DNA of 64,000 nucleotides from Malacoraja senta. Its lineage: Eukaryota. Shown piece by piece: positions 1-12,381 of the stretch. Within the stretch, counting starts at the first letter, position 1, and each line of letters starts with the position of its first letter. The notes beneath the pieces were generated by a model. The model was not told the origin of the DNA and did not search any database. It was given only the letters and a program-made list of their open reading frames with translations. The position numbers and the translations under genes were made by a program. The DNA lies in the NCBI GenBank assembly GCA_038087875.1, contig CM075996.1:5520001-5584000 (forward strand), in the 5' to 3' direction.

Positions 1-295
1 CTGTTAAATAAAGGGAAATGAGATAATCCTCGTGCAGATCAGCAATCGATTAGTGCAGCTTGAAAGAGAAAAACATATTTAATTCAGTAATTGGTTAAAC
101 CAATTCAGACAAAATGGCCTGATTAATCACAGCTTTGGCCTCCATCCGGCTTGCTGTTGAACTGGCTTACAAGTGCCAATTTATTTCCCAACCCTGACTG
201 CATTGGTCCTTGGAACAAAAAACCCTCAGGAATTGTTTACTTATTAAATAGGATTAGGGAACAATGTAGAGTTCCAGATGCAGCAGATTGCCCAA

Positions 296-305
296 CCATA
301 TTAGG
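296..305. promoter_or_regulatory. Consensus CArG box (SRF site) CCATATTAGG
   Basis: Perfect CC(A/T)6GG in a repeat-free block; function unproven. Confidence 0.3.
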
Positions 306-1273
306 AGCCCTGAATGCACGTTGAAAGCACTTTATTTATTAAAGGTTTTGTCTCGTAAAAGCTCAAATTCTGTATTAACAAAGCCTCAAAATAAGAAAAC
401 GAGTGTATTGTAGAACAGGTAACCTCACCCATACCTATTCAGCCAGGTGAGGGACTGGTGGAAACAGGACACCCTGCCCTGTTCTGCATAGACTAGTAAT
501 CAAGGAAAGAGCGACACAAAATGCTGGAGTAACAGGCAGCATCTCTGGATAGAAGGTGTGGGTGACGTTTCTGGTCGAGACCCTTCTTCAGACTGAGAAT
601 CAGGGGAGGGGGAGATACAGAGATAAGAAGAAGGGTTTCGGCCCGAAACGTTGCCTATTTCCTTCGCTCCATAGATGCTGCTGCACCCGCTGAGTTTCTC
701 CAGCACTTTTGTCTACCTTCGATTTTCCAGCATCTGCAGTTCCTTCTTAAACAATATGTTGCTGTTATTTCAATTTGCGTGGGTGGGTGGGTGGGTGGGG
801 GGGGGAGAAGGTGCGGCAAGTCTGCAATCACGCCAATCCAGTTAGCTCCCCTCCCCATCAGGTTGAATAGGTTCACATGATAGCCACTGCGGGTTCCGTG
901 AGGCATGTCAATGTGTACAATAGTCACCCAAAGGAACAGCACTCTCTTATCCAGGCTTTCCCCTGCGTCACTAGAGGGCCAAGGAACTGAGGTATTTGGA
1001 GACAAGGAACTGCAGATGCTGGAGTCTTGAGCAAAGCACAAAGTGCCGGAGTAACTCAGCGGGTCAGGCAGCATCTCTGGAGAAAATGGATAGGGGACGT
1101 TTTAGGTCGGGACCCTTCTTCAGATTGAGACTCAGGGGAGAGGGAGATACAGAGATAAGGAAGTGTAAGATGTGGGGGGGGGGGAGGTGGCGGGGAGGGG
1201 GGGAGGCGAAAAAAAAAGTGGAGCAAGATGCTTTTCCTTCTTCCAGTTCACCCTCCACCCACCCCCACCCCCA

Positions 1274-1495
1274 TCAATCTCCCATCTTGTTTAGCAGCCT
1301 CATGTGCTGCACCTTATCAATGGCCATCTGAAAATCCAAGTAAACAACATCCACTGTCTCTCCTTTGTCTAACCTGCTTATTATCTCCTCAAAGAATTCC
1401 AACAGATTTCTCAGGTAAGATCTCCCCTTAACAAAACCATGACAGTTTTGGCCTATTTTATTAGGTGCCTCCAAGTACTCCAAATCCTCATCCTT
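1274..1495 (-). mobile_element. CR1 reverse transcriptase internal fragment
   Basis: HGFVKGRSYLRNLLEFFEE...DKGETVDVVYLDFQMAIDKV. Confidence 0.85.
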
Positions 1496-2684
1496 CAGTC
1501 TGAAGGATGGCCTCTACCCCGAATCGTCACCCATTCCTTCTCTCCAGAGATGCTGCCTAGTCCCGCTGAGTTACTCCAGCATTTTGTGTCTATCTTCAAC
1601 CCTAACAACCCCATTGAGTCATAGAGAGAAAGGCAACACGGAAACAGGCCGCTCGGCCCACCGAGTCCCTGCCGACCACCAGACTTCCATTTTTACACTA
1701 AGCGCCAGAGTAACTCAGTGGGTCGGGCAGCGTCTCTGGAGAACATGGAGAGAGGACGGCATTTAGTGTCTATCCACCCTCACCCTCTGCATCTGCAGTT
1801 CTTTCCTCCTCCTTACTCTTAGTAACAAACTCAAATCTCATCAACCACGGAAGTCAGGCTAACCGGCCTACAAATTCCTTTTCTTTTGCCTCTCTCCCTT
1901 CTTAAACAGTGGAGTTACATTTGTGATTTTCTAGTCCTGTGGAACCATTCCTTGTGCTTCGATGTCTTCTTTTCCTAAATTCCAGTCGGGATAGGCCGCT
2001 CTTGCACCCTTGTCTCCATCACCAGATGATTTATCAATAAAGAGCATCCTCGCCATTTTGTTTGTTTTCAGATTATCAAAAACAATTGGAAAGTAAAACC
2101 CAAATCACAGCAAACGCAGTATGGAATTAGTTAATATCTGCGACATAAGAATCTATTGTCAGATGAAAACAAGAAACTATGAAAACAAGAATTTGTTTTA
2201 AAAAACACAGTGATAGGTGCTTGAAATGCATTGCCATGGGTAGTGCAAGAAGATATGATAGTTCTGTTTCAGAGTCGCTTAGATAGGCACGAATATGCAG
2301 GGATTGGAGAGCTATGGATCACATGCAGGCAGGCAAGGTAAACTTGGTATCATATTGCGGACCAAAAGGCCTGTCCGCGTGCTGTACAGTTCTATGTTCT
2401 GTGCTTTGTTCTCTGTCTAAATGATGCATCTCAAACAAGCAAGGCTAGTAAGGCTTGTTAGTAAGGCTAGGTATATATTCAATCAAGTGCAGGTACTGGC
2501 TGTGCGAAAATAATGTTTTTGTTTTCATACTAAAGCCTTAACGAGAGCTTGATCGTTGCATCAAACTTGTCCTCTTTTCAACTCCCTGGCCCACCTTCAG
2601 CAACCAATGCTCCCCCCCCCCCCATCCCCATCCCCCCCCCCCACCGTCACCACAACCAGAAGCAAATCATTTGGTGCGTCTCAC

Positions 2685-2804
2685 CTTGCAGCAACCTCTC
2701 CTCCTGTTGGCTGAACGTGGAGTGGCACAGGCGTCTAAGGCGTGGGGAAGTCCGCCCCTCGGTCTCCTGCCCTTCCATCTGAGGGCCCGTTTCACATAAG
2801 TGCT
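2685..2804 (-). CDS. Candidate 120-nt in-frame cassette exon of MRTF-A
   Basis: Acceptor tttatttatttttttcttcccaaag|, donor CAAG|gtgaga. Phase 1-1 with no stop: (E)HLCETGPQMEGQETEGRTSPRLRRLCHSTFSQQEERLLQ. Same strand as, and downstream of, the 17524 exon. No homology recognised. Confidence 0.5.
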
Positions 2805-4040
2805 CTTTGGGAAGAAAAAAATAAATAAAGTCAATCCAGTTCACAACCCGATCAGCCCTACCAGCCCTAGCTATAGTGTCAGCCAGCACAGAACCGGGCC
2901 CGTCGGCCCACCTTGTCCATGCTGACCGAGTTGGCATTCTGGCCCAGTCCCTTTTGCTCGCATTTGGCCAACACCCCCTCTAAACCTTTCCCATCTGTAT
3001 ATCTGTCCAAATGCCTTTTGAAAGCCAACCACAAAAAAACTCCTACCTTGAGAGCATGAGGAGGGAGGGGCAGACATTGAAGTATATCGCTTCTGAGGGA
3101 CAGAATCAAACAAACATTGAAGCACTCAGCAAAGGAGTGCTGGTGTAACTCAGCGGGTCAGGCAGCATCTCTGCAGAACATGGATAGATGATGTTTCGGG
3201 TCGGGACCCTTCTTCAGCAATGAAGCGCTCAGTACTGCTCCACAATCAATGCAATAGACCTTCACTGGTAGCCGATGCACAAGATTCAACAGAAAAGCTA
3301 AGCTGCCTCATGCCTTGCCAAGAGCAGTCACCAAAAAAAACACAAACTTCAGTCGAAAATAATGCGTCCAAGTCTTAATGAAACAGCTGGAAGTTTCTTC
3401 GTCAAAAGAACCAAGGACATTACATAAGCAGCAGTCAAATGACACAATGCGACCACACAAAACACTCGCATTACCAGCATTTACTTCAACGCAAACATTT
3501 GGTTGTCCCTGCTTGAGGCTGGCTGCGTTCCATCACATACTCCCTTGCAAGGCTGATAAAACTTCGGAGATGGAGTGGGTCAGGGAGGGATCACCCCTTC
3601 CGTGGGGCAGTAGCCTCAGAGCTCGTACTGGGAGCTACTCGCCGGATAGAGGTCCAGTCTGCATCATTGAAACACTCACTCCCTGAAGGCAACCTACATC
3701 TCCTTGCTTATCCAACACAACACAAAGGCAAGATTTAACTCGAGTCATGTGGAGAACATTTTTTTAACCTTCAAACACACAATGTATTCATAAAAATTTC
3801 AAAGTTTATACATTACCGAATATGCCAGTCAACAATTTCATCACATGCAATGTTATTTAATTACATACCATTAGCATGACTGCAGTTATTATTTACATAC
3901 AAACTTTCAGCGGGCTTTTATTGGGGTTTTGACAGATCCCAGTCACTGAATATGAAAGGACACGCGGTCCTTAATGTTGTGGTCCTCCCCCCACAGAACC
4001 CGCGCAGTGGCAGCACCCGTCTTAAGCAAGTTCCTCAGCA

Positions 4041-4330
4041 AGGTGGCGCAGCGGCAGAGTTGCTGCCGCACAGCGCCAGAGACCCGGGTTCAATCCTGAC
4101 TACGGGTGCTGTCTGTATGGAGTTTGTACGTTCTGTGACCATGTGGGCTTCCACCACTCTCCAAAGACCCACACTCCGAGGACATGGAGGTTTGCAGGTT
4201 AATTGGCTCCTGTAAATTGTTCCTAGTGTGTACCATGCAAAACTGGGGTAACTAGTGTACAGTTGATCATTGGTCGGTGTGAACTCGATGGGCCGAAGGG
4301 CCTGTTTACACGCTGTATCTCTAATCTATA
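4041..4330 (+). mobile_element. tRNA-derived SINE (HE1-like)
   Basis: A box ggtggcgcagcgg, B box ggttcaatcc, tail gggccgaagggcctgttt...ctgtatctctaa shared with CR1-type 3' ends. Confidence 0.85.
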
Positions 4331-4792
4331 CCTTGCTCCAGAACGCCAGCAAGTTTCAGGTGGATCAGAGTGGATGTCAGCAGCAGCAGCGGAGAGTGCA
4401 TGTCCGTGGGAACAGCCTCGACACCAACCAGTGCTTCTTAAACTATTTCAGTCATTCACCCTTGAGTCTTTATCACAAAATTTAATTCGCCCTCGACTAA
4501 ATGTTCTTATGTTTTTTTTTTGGCAATTTTCGTCTTATTCTCCCCTTGTGTACAATTTTATATATAATTTATTTTGTCACATGAGCAAAAAACATAAATG
4601 AACTCATTCACCCCAAAATAATTTCATTCACCCTTGGGTGAGCCATTCCCCAGTCTACACCACAGCCCTGTCATGCAATTGATCAGGATGGATCTCAAGA
4701 TATAGCCCAGCACATCTACACACACCTTGCATTACGTCAAACGCTCACTGAATTTACAAATGCTTATTTCTGGAGCCATCAGTGAAATTGGT

Positions 4793-5220
4793 CATAAGTG
4801 ATAGTAGAATTAGGCCATTCAGCCCATCGTCTACACCGCCATTCAATCAGGGCTGATCTATCTCTCCATCTTAACCCCATTCTCCTGCCTTCTCCCCATA
4901 ACTTCTGACACCTGTACTAATCAAGAATCTATCTATCTCTGCCTTAAAAATATCCATTGATGGCCTCCACAGCCTTCTGTGGTAAAGAATTCCACAGATT
5001 CACCACCATCCGACTAAAGAGACTCCTTCTCGCCTTCCGAAAGGAACGTCCTTTAACTCTGAGGCTATGACCTCTGATCCTAGACACTCCCACTAGTGGA
5101 AATATCCTCTCCACATCCACTCTATCCAGGCCTTTGACTAGTCGGTAAGTATCAATGAGGTCCTCCCCCTCATCCTTCTAAACTCCAGCGAGTACAGGCC
5201 CAGTGCTGTCAAACATTCAC
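4793..5220 (-). mobile_element. CR1 3' fragment
   Basis: Homologous to other CR1 tails (gaattccacagattcaccac; ttctaaactccagcgagtacag). Confidence 0.85.
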
Positions 5221-6289
5221 AGCAAAGAATACCATAAACTCAGGAGAAACTACAATGCATTTGGGCGAGTTATTAAACAGAGAACGCGTCCAATTGGGGA
5301 AATCCCGATGGATAGGAGGGCCACGCTGTTGTCATCTCACCATGCTCAGTCATCAGACACAGGGAGCACGGGGTGGAAAGGTCTTGCTGAGTTACTCCAG
5401 CATTTTGTGTCTGTCTATGGGGTCTCCCCAATCAGGATCAAACTTTGGGCAACTTCTTGGCATTTTCTCCACAAATTTGAAATTAAGCCAGGACAGTGGT
5501 AGAAGCATGGCACTTACGGCACATTTTAGATTGCAAACTTTTTAACTTAATTTGATATATTAAACTGAAATTTTGTGTGTAATTTTTAAAATTGGACCAA
5601 GTAAAAAAAATAATGACCGTTTTTATTGTTTTTAAAATATATATTTTTTCCCCAATGCTTATAGAATGAGAGCAGCAGTCAAAATATTTGAATGTTTGAT
5701 ACCCAATAAGTTGGGAGTCTGGCTCAGTCAGTTGGAAAGGAAGGCCCTGCCTTCAGTGACTAAGTTGCCACTGCAAGCACGTGCAGGTAGGGGGAGCTGA
5801 TGAGCACAGCCAACTCATTTACACTGAAGAAGGGTTTCGGCTCCATAGATGCTGCTGCAATGACATTCTTACTTTTACAACTTTATAGACATATTAGTCA
5901 CAACACCAACAATAAAAAGTTATTCCAAGGAAATCAGACCTACAATAGTGAAAACAAGGTAGGAATATAAATCAAAGGTTTCAACGGTCTGTTTATTGTC
6001 ACGTGTACCAATTAGGGTCAGGTCGGGGGGGGGGGGGGGGGGGGGAGGAGTTCTCCCCGCCACGGGTACGGAGGGGGCTGTGGACCCCCAGCAGGACCAA
6101 AAACAAGACCTGTCAAAGGGCGGATGAGCTCCTAGCGGGCCAACGACCATCCACACACTTCAGTAGAAGTTGCGATCACTGACGTACATAGCATTGTAAA
6201 ACACCATGCTCGTTGATGTTTTCAACGATGATGATGATGACCAATTAAGGCACAGTGAGACTCGATTACCAGTGGAATCAGTGGTGTGA

Positions 6290-7090
6290 TGTTGGTAGTG
6301 GTTGGGTCCTGAGGTAGGGTTGCGGTTAGGGTTATGCAGGGTGGTTCAAGAACCCAATAGTTGATGGAAGGAAACTGTTCTTGAACCTGGAAGCAAGTTC
6401 TCAAGTTCCCGTAACTTCTTCCCAATGTCCGCGATGAGATGTGGGCATGGCCAGGGTGGTATGGGTCTTCAATGGTCTGAGCCACCTTCTTGAGGCAGTG
6501 CTTCATGGAGATCTCTCTGTTGGTGGAGGGGGCCAGTACCTGTAAAGTACCGGGGCAATGTCCACCACTTTTTGTCAACACCTTCGTCCTTGGATGTTCG
6601 AATTACCAAGCCAAACCATGATGTGGGAAGCACACCGAGTCAGTACTCAGTCAACAGATTTGGCTCCATTTTCAAATCCCAGTTGTGATCGGTATAAAGT
6701 TCTTGACCTGACCATGAAGCCCCATTGTCCTGGTGGCTTGCATCAGAGCGTGGTTTGGGAACATCCAGCATAGGGTATGAGCGTGTGAAAGCGTGCATCA
6801 ACAGACTCAGGAACAGCTTCTTCTCCTCCATTATCATGCTTCTGAAGGGACCTTCCATAAGCTAGGGTATTGTCCATCTCATCTCTCCCCTCCTTGTGGA
6901 CATTGGACTTTGTCTATGGGCCTGATGTGCTACAATGCCGAAAATTATATTGTGCACTCCGTATCTTCCCCTTTGTTCTATCTGTTGTACTTGAGTTTGC
7001 CATGATTGTAATTATGTATGGTATGGTACATGGTTGTATTTATGTTATGTATGGTATTATCTGTTCTGTGAGGATAGCAAAACAATGGAG
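6290..7090. mobile_element. Decayed Rex1/Babar-like fragments (6290-6620 minus; 6770-7090 plus)
   Basis: HCLKKVAQTIEDPYHPGHA peptide on minus; agactcaggaacagcttc on plus. Confidence 0.6.
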
Positions 7091-8342
7091 ACTTTCCCGC
7101 TGCTGTGGTTATGTCTGTGTGTCACAGAATTACGCCCCATCTTATGAAGCTTCAAAAAGTACATTCATAATCAATGGTGCCTTGTTTCACAGTTTATTAG
7201 ACATATCACAACATATTTATATACCCAGTCTATCATGGAGTGAAGAGTAACAGAAGCCTGCAGAAATCTTTCAAGAGTGAGTAATAGATAATTGCTGCTC
7301 CATACTGGATCTAAAAAACAATTCAATTAGATGATGATGCAAACAAGCTGCAGACTATGAAATATCGACACATGGTACTGGTTTATTTTAGTCACGCGTA
7401 CCAAGAGGGTGAAAAACGTTACTGGACTTTATCTTGCACTAAACATTATTCCCTTTATCCTGTTTCTGCACACTACGGACGGCTCGATTGTAATCAAGTG
7501 TAGTCTTTCCACTGACCGGATGGCACGCAACAAAAAGCTTTTCACTGTACCTCGTGACAAAGTTTAGTTTAGAGATACAGCACGGAAACAGGCCCTCCGG
7601 GTCGGTGCCGACCAGCGAGCCACTCACATGAACACTATCCTACACCCACTAGTAACAATTTTGTACATTTACTAAGCCAATTAACCTGCACACCTCTACG
7701 TCTATGTGCTATACTATGATTACAAACAAGCAAAATGGGTGATGCTAAGAGAACAATACCAGAGTGCTACCGTTACAGAGAAAGTGCAAATAAAAAAGTG
7801 CAAGGGCTACAATGAGGTTGATTGGGAGCTCAAGACTATGCCCGTAGCTGATAACAACAGGGAAGCAGCAGCTCCTGAATTTGGTGGTCCATGCTTTCAA
7901 GGTTCTGTATTTTCTGCCTGATGAGGGGATGAGTGAGGTGCAAACGCTGCTTGTTCATGTTGGGAGTCTGGGAATCTGTGGATTGCCACTCCAACTCTTT
8001 TATTATTGTGCACCAGTGGTGGTATCTCCATGTCCAGAAGCCCCTCCTCTCTTGCAGGAGGATGGGTTCAGTGCAGCTTGCAATAATGGAGTTATTCTGA
8101 ATTCTGAGGGAGGGTCTCGACCCGAAACGTTACCCATCCCTTCTCTCCAGAGATGCTGCCTGGCCCGTGGAGTTACTCCAGCATTTTGTGTCCATCTTCG
8201 GTTTAAACCAGCAGCTGCTGTTCCTTCCTACACACAATAATATCCCACTCTCCTTCACAAGTGCGCACATCAGACAAAAATATTCATGCCCCTAAAGAGA
8301 TACTTTAAAAAATAATGAATACCTGGCTTAGGGTGTAACTTT

Positions 8343-8869
8343 CTCCCCGTTTGATTGCAACCTTGTCGTGCTCGGGGAGCTTGTGTGTCTCAGTGACCCC
8401 TAAAGCTATGCCAGCGGGAGATTTGTCTCCTGTTAGGGTCTCCCATGCTGGACAGGTCGAAGGGTAGAGGCGAGACGAAGAGCGATCCACTGGTCCTCCA
8501 GGTTGGAGGTTGAGCACAGGGCTAACAACCCTGTCTCGTAAAACAAATATGTTACGGAAACAGCAACTGAAGGAATCAACACTACTGGGCGTGATGGACT
8601 TCCAGGGCTATCGATCGATGCCCAGATGAATGTCAATGGTGAAAGCCAAAAGGAAGAGAACAAGACAGCATCCCAAGAATAGTTCCCTGCACTGGACACC
8701 GGAAGGGAAAAGGAAAAGAGGGAGACCCAAAACCACCTGGCGTCGAACTGTAGAGGAGGAAATGAAAACAATGGACCTGACCTGGGGTAGTGTCCAGAAC
8801 AGACAGGAGTGGAGGACCTTCACTGCTGCCCTACATGCCAGGAGGCATAATATGCAGGAGGTAAGTAAG
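8343..8869 (+). mobile_element. Internally deleted non-autonomous RTE-clade element
   Basis: 15-bp TSD ttagggtgt(a/g)acttt at 8328-8342 and 8870-8884. 3' peptide WTPEGKRKRGRPKTTWRRTVEEEMK...EWRTFTAAL is typical of RTE ORF C-termini. (GTAA)n tail. Confidence 0.8.
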
Positions 8870-10400
8870 TTAGGGTGTGACTTTAACCGGGGAGTGAGAT
8901 ACACAGCGTGTGCCGCAGTTAAAATCATACACATGGCAAGAGGCCAAGGTCGTGTGTGTTGATGGCCATGTTCAATGTTGGAAATTAGTAAGCTGCAACT
9001 GGGGATGAATTCAGGAGCTCCACAGCAAAGCAACTGAGTGAAGTTAGATGCCCTGCATCTGGAGCATCACACTTCCAGGGAAGTGGCAAAGACCAAAGCT
9101 CCACAAGCCACCTGCAGCATCGGACCTTAAAAAATATCCTTCGTTTGCCTGAAAGCCTATTCTGGAAGCCCAGATCATTTGCCTCCCAGCTCATTTAGGG
9201 TTAGGAAGCACAGCCTGAAGCAATAACCAGTTTCATTATGCGTAGGAAGCCCTTCAGCCCACCGGGTCCGCGCCGACCAGCGATCCCCGCACAATAACAC
9301 TATCCTACACCCACTAGGGATAATTTTTACATTTAATAGTTTAATAGTTAATTATTTGGTCTTTTTTAAGTATATATTGCTTTCAGGTATTATTGTCCAT
9401 ATTGTATTTTGTGTATTTTTTGCCTGCTTGCGTTCTGAGTGTGTGGGTTTGTTGGTTGTTGGCTTTTGGACATCTGAATTTCCCTGAGGGGATCAATAAA
9501 GTATTTATTATTATTTATTACTATTTACCAAGCCAATTAACCTACGAACCTGTACGCCTTTAGAGAGTGGGAGGAAACCGAAGCTCCCAGAGAAAACCCA
9601 CGCAGGTCACGGGGAGAACGTACAAACTCCGTACAGACAGCACCCATAGTCGGGATCGAACCCGGGTCTCCGGCGCTGCATTCGCGGTGAGGCAGCAACT
9701 CTACCGCTGCGCCACCGTGAATGCGCCAAATAGAGTATTTTAGCTCAGTTTGACCCTTTGCTCACTGAGTTTTTAATGTAGCGGCATCAGGTGTGTTCTT
9801 CCAACACAAGTGGGTAGAGAATAAACACATTGAGGCTGAGTCTCGGGAGTCTTGACATTTTATCACAACTCCCAAAAAGTGAGGGGTAGAAGGGCGGGAG
9901 TGGGTTGCTGAGGGGCAGTAGCGTTGAGTGTATCAACACAATAAAGTTCAGGCACAGCAAACTGCTTGGCTCACACACTTCATTCAATCATATCCAAGCC
10001 ACTGAGAGACCAGCGAGAAAAATAAGCTGTTCAAATCGCCAGCAACATGGACATTCATGCAGAATTGGAAAACAGCAATTAAAACAAGGTGGATAAGACA
10101 TAAAATGCTGGAGTAACTCAGCGGGACAGGCAGCATCGCTGGGGGGAAGGAACGGGTGATGTTTCAGGTCGAGACCTTTCTTCAGACTAACTCAGACCCT
10201 AGTCTGAAGCAGAGTCACCTGTTCCTTCCCTCCAGAAATGCTGCCTGTCCCGCTGAGTTACTCCAGCATTGTGTGTCCATCTTCGGTTTAAGGCAGTATC
10301 TGCAGTTCCTTCCTGCACAATTAAAACAGTACTCTATCCCCACTGCTCCGTGTGCTCTCGAGAAAGCTGTCTCCCTCAGCTAAACCGGGAAAAGGACAGA

Positions 10401-10877
10401 CAGCTAGCCCAGTTCCCAGCCCAGCCCAGCTAGCCCAGTTCCCAGCCCAGCTAGCCCAGTTCCCAGCCCAGCTAGCCCAGTTCCCAGCCCAGCTAGCCCA
10501 GTTCCCAGCCCAGCCAGCCCAGTTCCCAGCCCAGCCAGCCCAGTTCCCAGTCCAGCCAGCCCAGATCCCAGCCCAGCTAGCCCAGTTCCCAGCCCAGATC
10601 CCAGCCCAGCTAGCCCAGTTCCCAGCCCAGCCAGCCCAGTTCCCAGCCCAGCCAGCCCAGTTCCCAGCCCAGCCAGCCCAGTTCCCAGCCCAGCTAGCCC
10701 AGTTCCCAGCCCAGCTAGCCCAGTTCCCAGCCCAGCTAGCCCAGTTCCCAGCCCAGCTAGCCCAGTTCCCAGCCCAGCTAGCCCAGTTCCCAGCCCAGCC
10801 AGCCCAGTTCCCAGCCCAGCTAGCCCAGTTCCCAGCCCAGCCAGCCCAGTTCCCAGCCCAGCTAGCCCAGTTCCCAG
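10401..10877. repeat. 21-bp minisatellite (CAGCCCAGC(T/C)AGCCCAGTTCC), ~22 units
   Basis: Directly visible tandem array. Confidence 0.97.
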
Positions 10878-11475
10878 CAGTGAACAGGCACTTGACCCGG
10901 ATTCCACACAATCCTACCCAGTCATGTGCCGCTTTACCTGCCACTTTACTCGGCCACTTGATTCCTCGTCCCGAACAAGGCCATCACTATCCAGTGGCGC
11001 GGGGTACTTTCTATCGATGTTCACAGCTGCTTCGCCCCACAGTCTTTTTGCACAAGCTTATCGCCAGACACATTTCCAGCACACAGACATGTTCTGATGT
11101 GGATGGATCCCTCCCACTAGCATTTAGGTGCAGCCAACATGCATGAGCTCACCCTTACAAGCAGAACAGCCTTGAATACACAAAGCTTTTACTGCTCTTG
11201 TGAACTTTATCCTGTGAGGACAATGGCTTGCTTTCTTCCACAATCAATGTTAACCCCTTCATCCAGTTTTCTTTTTTGCAAAAAAAAGTGAATAGATCAC
11301 ATGCAATGACTTCCTTGCTGAAATGAAGCATCTTTCCATTTCCTGTGCTCAGCCATTCCGTTGCACTTATTCACAACTGTGGTGCTTTCCCACCAGTCTC
11401 TCCTTCCAGACAGTCAAGCCCAGGTCTGGAACTATTCCCAAACGCACAAAGCGCCCAGGTTACTTACTTTCACCA

Positions 11476-12381
11476 GGGCAACTTACAGCCCAGCGGTGTG
11501 AATATTGAGTTCTCCAACTTCAAGTAGCCCTTGCATCCCCCTCTCTCTCCGTCCCTCCCCCACCCTCATCATCGCACTGGTTTCAATAGACAATAGGTGC
11601 AGGAGTAGGCCATTCGGCCCTTCGAGCCAGCACCGCCATTCAATGTGATCATGGCTGATCATCCCCAATCAGTACCCCGTTCCTGCCTTCTCCCCATATC
11701 CCCTGACTCCGCTATTTTCAAGAGCCCTATCTAGCTCTCTCTTGAAAGTATCCAGAGAACCGGCCTCCACCGCCCTCTGAGGCAGAGAATTCCACAGACT
11801 CACAACTCTCTGCGTGAAAAAGTGTTTCCTCGTCTCCGTTCTAAATGGCTTACTCCTTATTCTTAAACTGTGGCCCCTGGTTCTGGACTCCCCCAACATC
11901 GGGAACATGTTTCACTGTCGTCCTGTTGAGTTGCACCGTCTGTAGAACTCGTTATCACCGAGCCCGTAGCCAACAATGGGGTGGTTGGGCCACACTTCCT
12001 CGACGGCCGTTGCTTTTTGCATATCTTTCAATTGTTGGCCCCATAGCAGGAGCATCCACGTCGCGGGGCTGGAAACTGGAAGTATCCTGAGCACATTCTG
12101 CTACCACCATCATCTATTGCGACAAGTGATGGCTTCCACCGATTGTCGCCGGAAGCCTGCGTCCTTTTCAGGACGGACGATGACAGCGAGGTCAACATTT
12201 GTAACAAGATGGACACGAAAAGAAGACTCATTTGTTCTATGCACCGTCTGTACCTATTGCTTCCCTTTCCCCTGACTCTCAGTCTGAAGAGGGGTCTTGA
12301 CCCAGAACATTACCCATCCCTTTTCTCCAGAGATGTTGCCTGACCCGCTGGGTTACTCCAGCCTTTTGTGTCTATCTTCGG
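11476..12381 (+). mobile_element. Penelope-like 3' end, interrupted by a CR1 fragment
   Basis: GNLQPSGVNIEFSNFK* ORF end at ~11476-11527; 3'UTR continues after the CR1; terminal unit at ~12255-12381. Confidence 0.65.
11584..11912 (-). mobile_element. CR1 3' fragment
   Basis: MFPMLGESRTRGHSLRIRSKPFRTE...GEKAGTGY. Confidence 0.9.

Noticed and set aside
4041..4110. tRNA gene (A/B boxes)
   Set aside because: Continues into a SINE body and CR1-like tail; the same holds for all other copies.
8400..8545. Twister or HDV ribozyme call in the RTE 5' region
   Set aside because: Hairpins are visible but neither consensus could be fitted; kept only as an untested possibility.
10321..11146. Long ORFs (264, 207, 167 aa) with PAQLAQF / WAGNWAS / GLGTGLA repeats
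   Set aside because: They arise from a stop-free 21-bp minisatellite; no splice or homology support.
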